Shown here: positions 26,501 to 38,748 of the stretch, in pieces
Position numbering within the stretch: position 1 is the first letter of the stretch
Layout of the letters: the number at the start of each line of letters is the position of its first letter
Assembly: GCF_009914755.1 (NCBI RefSeq)
Contig: NC_060925.1
Reading direction: 5' to 3' (one strand)
Length of the DNA: 64,000 nt
Source: the human T2T-CHM13v2.0 reference genome, Homo sapiens
Program-made: the position numbers and the translations under genes
Notes under the pieces: generated by a model
What the model was told of the DNA's origin: nothing
The model's input: only the letters and a program-made list of their open reading frames with translations
Databases searched by the model: none

Positions 26501-29500
26501 AACAGGGCACAGGCAGGGCAGGGCCAGGGCCACGGCTGGGGCAGGACAAGGACCAGGACTGGGGTCCAGGCCAGGGCAAGGGTATGGCCAGGGCAGAGGT
26601 AGGGCCAGAGCCAGGGTCTGGGCAGGACCAAGGCAGGTCTATTGCAGGGCCAGGGTTCAGACCAGGGCCAGAGCAGGGCTGGGACAGGGCCAGGGCCAGA
26701 ACCAGGAAAGGGCAATCTCAGGACAAGGGCCGTGGCAGGACCAGCAATGGGGCTGGGGCCAGAACAGGGACAGGGACAGGGTCAGGGCTAGGGCCAGAAT
26801 AGCATGCCAGGGTAGAGCCAGGCCAAATTAGGGCCAGGACAGGGTCAGGACCAGGGCTGGGCCAGGGTATGGCCTTAAGTAGCGAAGGGTCAGGGCCAGG
26901 GTCCATGCCAGTGCCAGTGCTGGTCCAGGGAAGATGCAGGGCCATGGCCAGATCTAGGACAAGGCTGGGGCAGGGCCAAGGTCTGGGTCAGGGTCAGCAG
27001 AAGGCCAGGACAGAGCCAGGGGAGGGACAGGGCCATGGTAAGACCAGGTTACATCAGGGACAAGACACCTGCAAATCCACTTCAGGGCCAGGGTCAGGGC
27101 AGGGCCAGTTCAGGGCCAGGGCCAAGACAGGGCCAGGGTCAGGGCTGCCAGGGTCATTGGCAGGGCCAGGGCCATGGCAGGACCGGGGTCAGGAGCAGGG
27201 GTCAATGCCAGGCCTAGGCCACACATAGGACCAGGTCTGTGCTAGGGCCAGTGTGAGGGCCAAGGCAGGGTCAGGGCAGGGCCAAAGGGAGGGCAGGGCC
27301 AGGGCAGGGTGGAGCAGGCCCAGGGTAGCACAGGGTTAAGGTAGGGCACGACCAACCAGGGCAGGTCTATGGTTGGGGCCGGGGCAGGGCCAGAGCCAGG
27401 GCACAGCCAAGACAGTGGCAGCTCCTGGGCAGGGCCAGGGTTAGGACCATGGACATGTCCAAGGCCAGTGCCAGGGCAACAGCAAGGGCAGGAGCAGGGC
27501 CAGGTTCATCTAAGAACCAGGGACAAAGCCAGGCCCAGAGCTGGGCCAGGACAGGTACCTGGCAGGGCTAGGGTCTGAGACAGGGCCACAGCAGGACCAG
27601 GGCCACAACCAGGTCTGTGCTATGGCCAGGTCCAACACAGTGCCCAGGTAAGGCTAGGGTGAAGGCCAAGGTAGGGCCAGGGCAGGGTCAAAGCCAGGCT
27701 AGGGCCAAGGCAGGGCCAGGGCCGGCAAGGCAGGGCCAGGAAAGCATAGGGCCAGGGCAGGGCAGGGCCAGGGCAGGGCGGGGCCAGGACAGTGCCAAGA
27801 CCTGGGCAGGGCCAGGGCCAGGGCCATGGCCACGGCCTGGGGAAGACCAGGTTCAGGGCAGGAGCAAAACAATGGCAAGGACAGTGCAGGTTCTTGGCAC
27901 AGCCAGGGTCCAGGACAGTGTCAGGGCAGGGCCAAGGCAGGGTCTGGGCCATGGTAAGACCAGCAACAGGGCTGGGGCTAGGCCAGTGACAGGACCAGAG
28001 TCAGGGCAAGGGCCAGAGCAGTGCAAGGCCAGGGTAGGGCCAGGCATTTCAGGGTCAGGGCCAGGGGAGAACCAGGGCAAGGTCTCAAGCAGGGAAGGGC
28101 CAGGGCCAGGACAGGTCCAGGGCAGGGCCATGACAGGGCCAGGGGCTGCGTTAGGGCAAGGGCAGGGCCACAGCAAGGTAAGGGTCAGGGCCAAGGCCAG
28201 GGTAGGGACAGGGCAAGAAATATGGCATGACCAGGGGCAATGCCAAGGCCAAGGTTGGGCCAGGGCTGACCCGGGACTGAGTCAGGGCAGGGCAGGGCAT
28301 GGTATGGCCAGTGCAGGACAGGACAAGAGCCGGTCCACAGAGAGAGCAGAGCTGATGCCAAGAAAGAGCCAGGCTAGTGCCGAGGCTGAGGCAGTGTCAG
28401 AGCATGTCCAGGGCAGGGCCAGGGCCAGGGCCAGAACCGAGCCAGGGCACAGCCAAGGCAGGGTAGGGAAGGGAAATAGCACGGCCGGGTCAGTACTGGG
28501 ACAGGACAGAGCAGGGCAAGGAGATGGTAGCGGCAGGGCAGGGACAGGCCAATGCAGAGCCATGTTATGCCGGGGCCAGGACACCTCCAAGTCCACTTCA
28601 GGGCCAGGGCTATGGCAGGACAAAGACCACGGCCAGGATCAGGGCCAGGTCTGTGCTAGGGTCAGCTCCAGAGCAGGGTCTAGCGCAGGCTAGGGTGAGG
28701 GCCAAGGTAAGGCCAGGGCAGGGTCAAAGGCAGAGTAGGGCCAGGGCAGGGTGATGACACATCCAGAGCGCAGCAGGGCAGGGTGATGGCAAGACCAGGG
28801 GCAGACCATTGCCAGCTCAGGGCCAGGGAAAGTCCAGTGCAGAGCCAGGAAAGGGTCTGGGTCTGGGTCAGGGCCAGGAACAAGGCAGAGCAGGGCCAGG
28901 GCCATGGCAGAGTCAGGGCAGGTTCTTGACAGGACCAGGTTCCAGGCCAGGGCCAGGGCAGCAGCAGGGGCAGGGCCTGGATAAGGGCAGGGCCAGGGAT
29001 ATGGCAGGACCAGGGCTAGGGCCAGGGCCAGGCCATAGTGAGGGCAGGGCAAAAGCCAAGGGAAGGGTCAGGGCAGGTCCAGGGCAGGTCCAGGGAGTGG
29101 CCAGCACCAAGCGGGGCCAAGTCACAACCAGCGCAGGGTAAGGCAGGGCAATGGCACCACTGGGCCATGACAGGGCAAGGTCAGTGCCAGGAGAGGGCAG
29201 AACAGGCAGGCCCATGGTGGAGCCAGGGCAGGGATGGGCCAAAGCAGGGCCAGGACATGTCCAAGGCCAGGTCAGGGCCAGAACAGGAGCAGGACCATGA
29301 CCATTGGCAGGGCCAGTGCCATGACACGACCAGGGTCAGGACAAGAGGCAGGGCCAGAGCCAGGGCCAGAGCCAAGGTCAGGCCAGTGCAGGTTCAGGGC
29401 AGGGCCAGTGCCAGGGCAAGACCAGGGCAGGGACAGGGTAGCACAGGGCCAAGACAGGGTCAGGATGGGACCAGAGCAGGACAGGGCCGAGAGTCCAAGT

Positions 29501-29585
29501 AACAGTAGGGCAGGTACAGGGCAAGGCAGGGCAGTACAGGGCCAGATCCACGGCAGGCGCAGGGCAAAGCCAGGCCCATTGCCAA
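23597..29585 (+). repeat. CAGGG(C) degenerate G-rich repeat array (pericentromeric CAGGG repeat, Ig switch-like), with an inverted/interrupted part at 25281-25990
   Basis: Dense CAGGG, CAGGGC and GGCCAGGG units; the + strand turns C-rich at 25281-25350 and 25812-25990. Confidence 0.9.
25403..25520 (-). mobile_element. Alu left-monomer fragment (followed by MIR-like sequence to ~25660)
   Basis: tagtagagatggggtttcac...cccaaagtgctgggattacagg. Confidence 0.85.
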
Positions 29586-29589
29586 GGCA

Positions 29590-32500
29590 CCAGCCCTCCC
29601 TACAAGGCTCCTACCACCTGGCCACTGCTGCAGCCCGTCCATCGCTCTAAGCCTGACCCCCAACCCTGGCTGCAGCCGCCTGCCCTCCTAGCGCAGCCGC
29701 TCTCCTACCGCTCTGGCGCACCGCAGTCTCTGTCACTGCCGCCCACCCGCAGCGAGGCGAGCCATGGTGTCGCAGGCTCTAGGTGTCTCCTCCTCCTCCT
29801 GGCACAGAGCAGCTGGGCGGGCAAAACCAGAAAAGCCTAGGGAAAGATGTGAGGGGTGGAAGGGTTAGAGCCTCAACTTGTCATGCCGGCCACTGGGTGG
29901 CAGGGGCCAGTTTCAGCAAAGGCACTCACACCCACCCTACAAAGTCCAGCCTCTCCTTTTGGCCCAAGCTGGGCAGGAACTGGGGTCTGGGGTGGGTGCT
30001 GGAGACACCACAGCATCCAGCTCCCCACTCCACAGGAACCATTGGGCCCACTGGGGCTGCACTCCTCGGGGAGCAGGAGAAGCAGAAAAATTCAGACCCA
30101 GCCAGCCCTCCACACCCAGGTGCCAATTCCTGTTCCGGACGCCTCCACGCACAGGGCCCTGTCCCCCGTGGTGTCCCCAGGGGTGCCTGGCAGCCTCTGA
30201 GGCACAGACCCACAGTACACAGGCCCAGGAACCACGGTGGGTGTGGGGGCTCTGCCATGCTCAGGATTCCCACGCAAACGCTGTGTGCCCTGCTGCACTC
30301 CAGTATGACCAAGAGTGGGTCGCCCTCTGGAGTGTGGAGTCAGGGAGAGGAGAACCACTCCTTCCTTGGATGCCAACTCTGTTGACCGACACCAGCAGTG
30401 CAGCCCCTGATAGCACCGAACTCGCCCCCGCTCCATGGCTAGCCCTGCCCTCAATAGCGCCCCCCACCTCCGTCCCCCAATGCCGCCAGTAGCGTATAAC
30501 TGATAGTGCCCTAACCTGTCCTCCTCCATGGGCATTGCAGCCCCAGAGAGCACCCATAACCCACCCTCCCTGCCGTGGGCAGTGCAGCCCTGTACAGTGC
30601 TACCAACCAGTACCCCTAATGCAGGCAATGACACCCTGGATAGCGCCCTCAACCCACCCCACACTGCGAAAGGTGCAGCCCTGGATAGCCCCTGTCCTAC
30701 CACTCTGGTCGTCCTGCAGTCTCTGTCACCACCACCACCAACCACAGTGAGGCAAGCCAGTGGGCCACAGGCTCTAGGACCCAGCAGCCAGGCATGGAGC
30801 AGCTCTCGCTGATGGCCGGCTCCTACCACTCTGACCACGCTGCTGTCTGTCTCCGTGGCCATCTTCTTTCACTACAAAGGAATAAAACTAGGTATCAATA
30901 AGAAAAGCAATTTTGGAAACAATACAATCACATGGAAGTTAAACACTACCCTCCTGAATAAATGACTAGTGGGTCAATGAAGATACTAAGACAGAAATTC
31001 AAAAATTTCATGAAACAAAGGGTAATGAAAACACAGTATACCAAAACTTGTTATGCAGAAAGCAGTACAAAGGCAGAGATTTACAGCTATAAGTGCCTAC
31101 CATCCAAACAAAAGAAAACCTTCAAATAAACAATACATCTTAAAGAACTAGTAAAGAACAAACTAAACTGAAAATAAGAAAATAAATAAGATCATAGCAC
31201 AAACAAAATTGAAATAAAAAACAGACAAGATTAAACGAAAAGTTGGTTTTCTGGAAAGCTAAACAAAATTGACAAACTTTTAACCAGGCTAAGAAAAGAG
31301 ACAAGATTCAAATAAATAAAATCAACAGATTAAAAAAAGGAGACATTACAACTAATACTTCAGAAATTCAAAGGATCATAACTGGCTACTATATGCCAAT
31401 AAATTGGAAAGCCTAGTAGAAATTGGCAAATTCCTAGATGCATACAACCTACTTAGGTTAAACAATGAAAACATCCAAGACCAGAACAGATTGGTAACAA
31501 GTAATGAGATTGAAGCCATCAGAAAAAGTCTCCCAGTAAAGAAAAGCCCAGGAACTGATGTCTTCACTGCTGATGGCTTCACACCAAACAATTTAAAGAC
31601 CTAGTACGAATCCTGCTCAAACTATTTTGAAAAACAGGAGGGAATACTTCCAAACTTATTCTATGAGACCATTATTACTGTGATACCAAAATCAGACAAA
31701 AGCATCAAAGAAGGAAACTACAGGCCAGGATCTCTAATATTGATGCAAAAATCCTCAACAAAATACCAGTGAATCAAATTCAGTAATACATTAAAAAGAT
31801 AATTCATCATGATCAAGTGGGATGTATCCCTGGGACCCAAGGGTCACTCAACATACAATGTGATACATCATATCAACCAAATAAACGACAAAAACAGTAT
31901 CATCACGTCAACTGAAACTGAAAAAGCATTTGATGAAATTCAACATCCCTTCATGCTATAAATCCTCAAAGAAACGGGCACAGAAGAAACATACCGCAAC
32001 GTAATAAAAACTACAGGAAAGACACTCACAGCTAGAATCATATGGAATGGGGAAAAATGGAAAGCTTTTCCTCTAAGATCTGGAACATAAGGATGCCCCC
32101 TGTCACCACTGTTGTTTAACATAGTACCAGAAATCCTAGCTAAAGCCATCAGTGCAGCCCCTGATATGGCCCCCAACCCACCCTGCCCCCTACCACCAGC
32201 AGTGTCACCCCCCCAATAGCACACCCAACATACCCAAACTGCCCCGCCTCCCCACACCATGGGCATTACAGCACCCCATAGCGCCCTCAACCCGAAACCG
32301 CCACCCCCCCGACAGCCGCACAGTGCAGCCCCGGATAGCACACTTAGCCCACCTCACTGTTGCCAGCAATACAGTCTGGGATAGTGCCCCCAACCGGCTC
32401 CCCACCAAAGGCAGTGCAGCCCCGGTTTGGCCCCCAAACCACCCCCCCCCCCCGCCCGGTGCAGGCAGCACAGCCCCAGATAGCACACCCAACCGGCCAC

Positions 32501-32640
32501 CCAAGACGGGCAGTGACGCCTGAGATAGGGCTCCCAACCCGTCCCAGGCCACCCACAGTGCAGCCTGGATAGTGCACTTACCCCGACGCCTTTCTACGCT
32601 CTGGCTGGCTGCAGTGTCCATCGCTGCCACCAACCACAAA
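29590..32640. repeat. REP522-like GC-rich repeat (units containing gtgcagccc..gatagc..cccaacc) split by an L1 fragment
   Basis: Recurrent cagtgcagcccc/tggatagcgccc motifs at 30395-30700 and 32150-32580; family name from memory. Confidence 0.55.
30870..32150 (+). mobile_element. Internal L1 ORF2 fragment (old L1M/L1MA), no 3'UTR or poly(A)
   Basis: ORF 31404-31604 KFLDAYNLLRLNNENIQ...KKSPGTDVFTA is L1 ORF2p-like; downstream aatattgatgcaaaaatcctcaacaaaatac. Confidence 0.9.
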
Positions 32641-32930
32641 CAGGGCTGCAAACAGGAAGGATTTTATTCACTGTCCATGCGGCCCTGAGTTGTCCCAAAG
32701 CGAGGCAGTGCCCCCAAGGTCTGTGCAGAGCAGAACGCAGCTCCGCCCTCGCGGTGCCACCGGCCCGCCCGCCCGCGTCTCTGCTGAGGAGAACATTGCT
32801 CTGCCTTCGCTGTATCTCCGAAGTCTGCAGAGGAGAACTCAGCTCCGCCCTCGCAATGCTCTCCGGGTCTGTGCTGAGGAGACCGCAGCTCCGCCCTCGC
32901 AAAGGCACACAGCGCTGGCGCCGGCGTGGC
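32640..32930 (+). repeat. TAR1 telomere-associated repeat (interstitial), including ~37-bp tctgtgctgaggagaacgcagctccgccctcgc units
   Basis: Matches the recalled sequence just inside (CCCTAA)n at human chromosome ends; about four degenerate units at 32720-32900; no telomeric hexamers adjacent. Confidence 0.88.
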
Positions 32931-34700
32931 GGAGAGGGGGCCAGTGGCGGAGAGGCGGCCAGCGGCGGCGCGGCGGAGAGACGGACAGCGGCGGAGAGGC
33001 GGCCAGCGGCGGCGCGGCGGAGAGACGGACAGCGGCGGCGCGGCGGAGAGGCGGACGGCGGCGGAGAGGCGGCCAGCGGCGGCGCGGCGGAGAGGCGGAC
33101 GGCGGCGGAGAGGCGGCCAGCGGCGGCGCGGCGGAGAGGCGGACGGCGGCGGAGAGGCGGCCAGCGGCGGCGCGGCGGAGAGGCGGACGGCGGCGGAGAG
33201 GCGGCCAGCGGCGGCGCGGCGGAGAGGCGGACGGCGGCGGAGAGGCGGCCAGCGGCGGCGCGGCGGAGAGGCGGACGGCGGCGGAGAGGCGGCCAGCGGC
33301 GGCGCGGCGGAGAGGCGGACGGCGGCGGAGAGGCGGCCAGCGGCGGCGCGGCGGAGAGGCGGACGGCGGCGGAGAGGCGGCCAGCGGCGGCGCGGCGGAG
33401 AGGCGGACGGCGGCGGAGAGGCGGCCAGCGGCGGCGCGGCGGAGAGGCGGACGGCGGCGGAGAGGCGGCCAGCGGCGGCGCGGCGGAGAGGCGGACGGCG
33501 GCGGAGAGGCGGACAGAGGCGGAGAGGCGGACAGCGGCGGCGCGGCGGAGAGGCGGACGGCGGCGGAGAGGCGGACAGCGGCGGAGAGGCGGACAGCGGC
33601 GGCGCGGCGGAGAGACGGACAGCGGCGGAGAGGCGGACAGCGGCGGCGCGGCGGAGAGGCGGACAGCGGCGGAGAGGCGGACAGCGGCGGCGCGGCGGAG
33701 AGACGGACAGCGGCGGAGAGGCGGACAGAGGCGGAGAGGCGGACAGCGGCGGCGCGGCGGAGAGGCGGACAGCGGCGGAGAGGCGGACAGAGGCGGAGAG
33801 GCGGCCAGCGGCGGCGCGGCGGAGAGGCGGACAGCGGCGGAGAGGCGGCCAGCGGCGGCGCGGCGGAGAGGCGGACAGCGGCGGAGAGGCGGCCAGCGGC
33901 GGCGCGGCGGAGAGGCGGACAGCGGCGGCGCGGCGGAGAGGCGGACAGCGGCGGAGAGGCGGACAGCGGCGGAGAGGCGGACAGCGGCGGCGCGGCGGAG
34001 AGGCGGACAGCGGCGGAGAGGCGGACAGCGGCGGCGCGGCGGAGAGGCGGACAGCGGCGGAGAGGCGGACAGAGGCGGAGAGGCGGACAGCGGCGGCGCG
34101 GCGGAGAGGCGGACAGCGGCGGAGAGGCGGACAGCGGCGGCGCGGCGGAGAGACGGACAGCGGCGGAGAGGCGGACAGCGGCGGAGAGGCGGACAGCGGC
34201 GGCGCGGCGGAGAGACGGACAGCGGCGGAGAGGCGGACAGCGGCGGCGAGGCGCGCAGCGGCGGCGCAGGCGCGGAGAGGCGCTGGCGCCGGCTCTGGCG
34301 CGGAGAGGCGCAGGCCCAGGCTCCACTCCCCAGCTGTGAAAGGGTAAGAACCGAGGGTGGCTGAGACTCGGGGTTGTTCAGGGCGGGGTGGGCTCTGGAC
34401 CCAGCAGGCCCGGCACCCAGGTCAGGGCTCCAGGGGAGGCCGGGTGGGCGAAGGCCAAGAAGGGGCTGGGGCTGGTCAGGAAGGGCTCCTGGTGACCGGA
34501 GCACTTTGCGTGAGCCAGCGTGGGAGGAAGGTGGGCTGGATGAGCCAGGGAGGCGCCGGGAGGGGCCTTGGCAGAGGCGACCCCCTCCGTCACCCCCAGG
34601 CCACTGAACCCTGGGTAGCGGAGAACCGACAGGGGAGGCTGCAGACAGAGGAGTGGAGGCTCCCCGGCTTTGGGGGCTCTGAGTAGAAGCATCTAGGGTG
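32700..34700 (+). promoter_or_regulatory. CpG island / putative TAR1-derived promoter and first exon, splice donor at 34344
   Basis: Extreme CpG density; AAAGG|GTAAGA consensus donor (GT at 34344-34345); subtelomeric TAR1 CpG islands are known promoters. Confidence 0.6.
32927..34310 (+). repeat. GC-rich CpG-dense VNTR of 18-bp and 26-bp units (44-bp composite), derived from the TAR1 29-bp repeat
   Basis: Units gcggcggagaggcgg(a/c)c(a/g), with or without gcggcggc; ten identical 44-bp copies at 33032-33471; ends in canonical-like ggcgcaggcgcggagaggcg. Confidence 0.95.
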
Positions 34701-34979
34701 TCCCTCAAGAGGCCCCCAAACGCTTCCCCATGGTGAGAAAAGAAGGTGCAGAGAGGGGCACGGCGCTGGTGCAGAGGGGCACACAGCGAGATTTGCTGTG
34801 AGTTCTTTTATTGCCCCAAGTGTACCTCATCTTGGTAGATTTCTATTGGCTTTAAAAATGTGTGTGTTTTGCTGTTGGGGAGTGGGGTATTATACGGATG
34901 TCAGATTTTGCTGGTTGACTGTTCAGATCTTTTGTAAATCCTTGCTCCTTTTGTGCCTAGTTTCACTCTGTCACTTACA

Positions 34980-35228
34980 CTAGAGTGCGGTGGCACGAAC
35001 ATGACTCACTGCAGCCTTGACTTCCTAGGGTCAAGTACTTCCCCTGGCTTAACCTCCTGAGTAGCTGGTACTATAGGTGTGTGCCGCCACACCTGGCTAA
35101 ATTTAAAATTTTTTGGAGAGATGAGGCCTTGCTATGTTGCCCAGGCTCGAACTCCTGGCCTCAAGCTATCCTTTGTTTTTGCCTCCCAGAGTTCTGGGAT
35201 TACAGGCATGAGCCACTGTGCCCGGCCT
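34980..35228 (-). mobile_element. AluJ (partial)
   Basis: Antisense Alu motifs ending ...gagccactgtgcccggcc. Confidence 0.85.
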
Positions 35229-35341
35229 CTGCCTAGTTTTAACAGTTGCTAAGAGGAGGATGTTGAAGTAGATGTCTTCTTGGTGGGTTAATCCTTTTGT
35301 CATTAAGCAGTTGTTATGGTCACTTCCTCTTTTCACCCCAT

Positions 35342-35823
35342 TGGTGAAGGAGGGGTCCCTGCCCTAAAGTGTAGGAGATGGCTGAACACGACACCTGGCG
35401 TGGATGGATGCGATTGACAGCAGTGTTTTAGTCACATATACCCACAGCTCAGAGGAGGACACTGCATGCCACACAGGGTCAGATGGGCACCGCACTCTGT
35501 AGTGGAGTGAGGGCTGCGGGCTGAGGAAGCAGGCGGGCTTGGTAGTAACAAGAGCACACGATGACCAATGGTTCCCGAGGGGGAATGCAATTGGCTTGTT
35601 TGAATAAATTCATGGGCTGGCAGACAGGTGAAGTGAAACTTCTTAGGCTGAGGTGCAACTGTTCTGGCTGATAAAAGAACTAGCCAGGTGGGGAGCCTTT
35701 CCTGTTGGGTGGCGGGGTAGGGGGTGTCTGGTAGAAACAGGAAAACCCACGGCTAGGTCTTTGGGGCCCTGTGAGGCTCAAACATGTCAAGGCAGCATAG
35801 GAAATTTTAGATCTTAAAATTCA
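35342..35823. mobile_element. Probable ERVL-type solo LTR inside an old L1
   Basis: GC-richer ~480-bp TG...CA-bounded block interrupting antisense L1M-like sequence; family not identified. Confidence 0.4.
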
Positions 35824-35824
35824 G

Positions 35825-36700
35825 CGAAGACCCTCTCCAGCTCTGGTAAATTATTTTGCTTGAAGTCTACTTCATGAGATATTAATATATTCACTCCTGC
35901 TTCCTTAAAAAATTAATGATTTCACAGGATATCTTTCTCCATTCTTTTACTTTCAACCTACTTAGGTCCTTAAGTGAGTTTGAAGTTTCTTATGAACAGT
36001 ATTTAGTTGGGCCATGTGTTTATTATAGGCTCTCCATCAATCTGTCTTTTGGTTTATTTAGACCATTTACATTTAAGGTGCTTATTGTTACATAATTGCT
36101 TATGTCTGATGTTTTTATTATTTGCTTTTTTGTTTCCTTTTTCTTTCCCTCCATCTTGATCTATTTCTGTATAATGTTGTTGCGTGTATCTCTTTGTATA
36201 GTCTTAAAGTGTTTGCTCTGGATGTTACAATATGTGTATTGTAATATAGTAGTCTACTGGTACCAGTATTTACCACTTCAAAGTGTGGAAACCTGCCTTG
36301 CATTTATGTCTCTTTACCTTTTCCACTTGTATAAATCACTGGCTTGAGTATTAGGTGGTGGTATAGTTTTTGTTTCAGTCGTCAAATGTGATTTTAAGAA
36401 CTGTGGATTGTCTCGCATATGTATCCACATTTCTCGTCTTTCCTTTGTCCCTCCTCCCATAGTCCCATATTCATCCCTTCTGCATAAGAACTTTCTATAG
36501 CCATTTTTTTATTTTGATTTTTTTGTTTTAATTTTTTATATTGTGGAAATGACAGAACATATTTCTGTAGCCACTTTTTAGCATTTCTAAATTGACCAGT
36601 GACAAATTCCTATATTCTCTTCCTCTGAGAATGTCTTTATTTCTCTCTTCATTTCTGAAGGGTAGTTTCATGGGATATAGAATTTGCCTTTCATGTATTC
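35825..36700 (-). mobile_element. Old L1M fragment
   Basis: T-rich antisense L1 motifs (ttagaccatttacatttaag; tctgagaatgtctttatttctc). Confidence 0.6.
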
Positions 36701-37019
36701 AGAGGTTTTCAGTATTCGTATAATCAAACCTGATAGTTTTCCTTTTGGTTTTGAGGTTGTGTCTTGTTTGGGTGAGTCTCCTACCCATTTGACTACAGAA
36801 ATGCCCTTTCATTTTAAATATCCTCCTATTATGAAACACATTTCCACATTTTCTAAATTTTTAATTTTTAGCTGAGAAATAAATTAGTAATTATTTAAGT
36901 ATTAATTACTTTTATCTTGCTATTAATTATTGGTTTTATTTATTTACATGTAGTTGGCTTACATTTAGTTTAGTTTAACTTAATTACTTTAAAGTAATGT
37001 ATAACTATCTGCAGTTTGT

Positions 37020-37283
37020 ACCTCATGTTCTCACTCATAAGTGGGAGCTGAACAATGAGAACACGTAGACACAGGGAGGGGAACATCACACACCAGGTTC
37101 TATCCAGGGGTTGGAGGCAAGGGAAAGGAGAGCATTATGACAAATACCTAATGCATGCAGGGCTTAAAACCTAGATGACAAATTGATAGGTGCAGCAAAC
37201 CACCATGGCACATGTATACCTATGTAATAAACCTACATGTTCTGAACATGTATCCCAGAACTTAAAGTAAAATTAAAAAAAAA
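37020..37283 (+). mobile_element. L1PA 3'UTR fragment with poly(A)
   Basis: catgttctcactcataagtgggagctgaacaatgagaacac...cccagaacttaaagtaaaattaaaa. Confidence 0.92.
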
Positions 37284-38425
37284 ATAATTAATTAAAAATA
37301 TATATCTTCAGTTTGTAAACGTCCCGACAACACAGGAACAGAGTTAAAAGAGTGTGTGTCGTCCTTAGCTGCTCCCACCCCATCGTCTCCTCCCTAGCCA
37401 ACCCAGCCGCCAGTCTGGCGTGCGCCTTCAAGGTTTCTTCCTAGACACTGGCAAACATAGATCACTATTTTCTGCCACATGGTATCTTTTAAACACACAC
37501 GATTGTTTTGTGCAGAAACTTTCTATTTTTACCTCTCATAAGTGTCCTGTGGATTCTTTCCATGTCACTGTGGTGTGTGTGCGTGTGTGAGATTCAAGTT
37601 CAGCTTGCTAATCTTGTAGAAAGAATTACACTCCACTTCCCCTGTGCTCTGGCCCTCCCTAACACAGCAGCCCATCCCTGGAGGCTGATGGAGCCCCTCG
37701 AGCACCTGCTTACCATTTCTGTTTGTTCTGTTTATTCAGGTTTTCTGCCTCCTGCTAAGCCAATTTATACATTCCAAGAAAATCTTCCATTTCATCCAGG
37801 TGAAACAGAACCTACTGGAATGAAGCTGGCCTCCCATGGAATGAAGCTGGCCTCCCGTCTCCTTGATTTGAAGCAGCTTCTCCACGTTGGTTATTATGCC
37901 ATTTTTCTAAATCTAACATTTTAAAATTTGTGCCTTTTCTTTCTCTTTTGCTTGACTTCTCAGAGGTTTTTTTAATGGTCTTTTCAAAGAAGTGGTTTTG
38001 GGTTTTATTTATCAAGTCTACTTTTATTATGGCTGTTTTAAAATTAAATACATTTATTTCTTGTTTCCCTTAAAAAAGCTTCTTGTATGTTTACTTAGTT
38101 TATATAATTTTATATGTCTTCTGTTGAAGCATATTAACAAACACTTCCAGCTATAACGTTTCCCCTGAGAACTGCTTTGGACACATCCAGAGATTTTGAT
38201 AGGTCACACACTTATTGTAGTTTGTTTCTGAAAAGTTTTTCATTTTAGTTTTTATTTTCTCTTTTACTCAAATTATCATCAGCTTTCTCCTTTTATCCTG
38301 TTTCTGACAAATTAATCTGAGGATATAAATTTCTCCCTAAATGTCAATTTTGTTGAGTTTCATAATTTTAATATGTAATACCCTATTGCTATTGAGTTCC
38401 AGGCATTTTATAATTTTCATTGTGA

Positions 38426-38748
<323 letters not shown>

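Noticed and set aside
23809-29663. Many overlapping GQG/ARA/PWP-rich ORFs
   Set aside because: Products of the CAGGG repeat on both strands; low complexity.
32640-32930. True chromosome end or telomere fusion site
   Set aside because: No TTAGGG/CCCTAA array seen near the TAR1 element.
32594-34708. 473-704 aa ORFs as conventional genes
   Set aside because: Open only because the VNTR lacks T (+) and A (-); kept only as a translation hypothesis in the findings.
37816-37856. 20-bp direct duplication tggaatgaagctggcctccc (similar short repeat at 52987-53029)
   Set aside because: Simple local slippage duplications with no sign of function.
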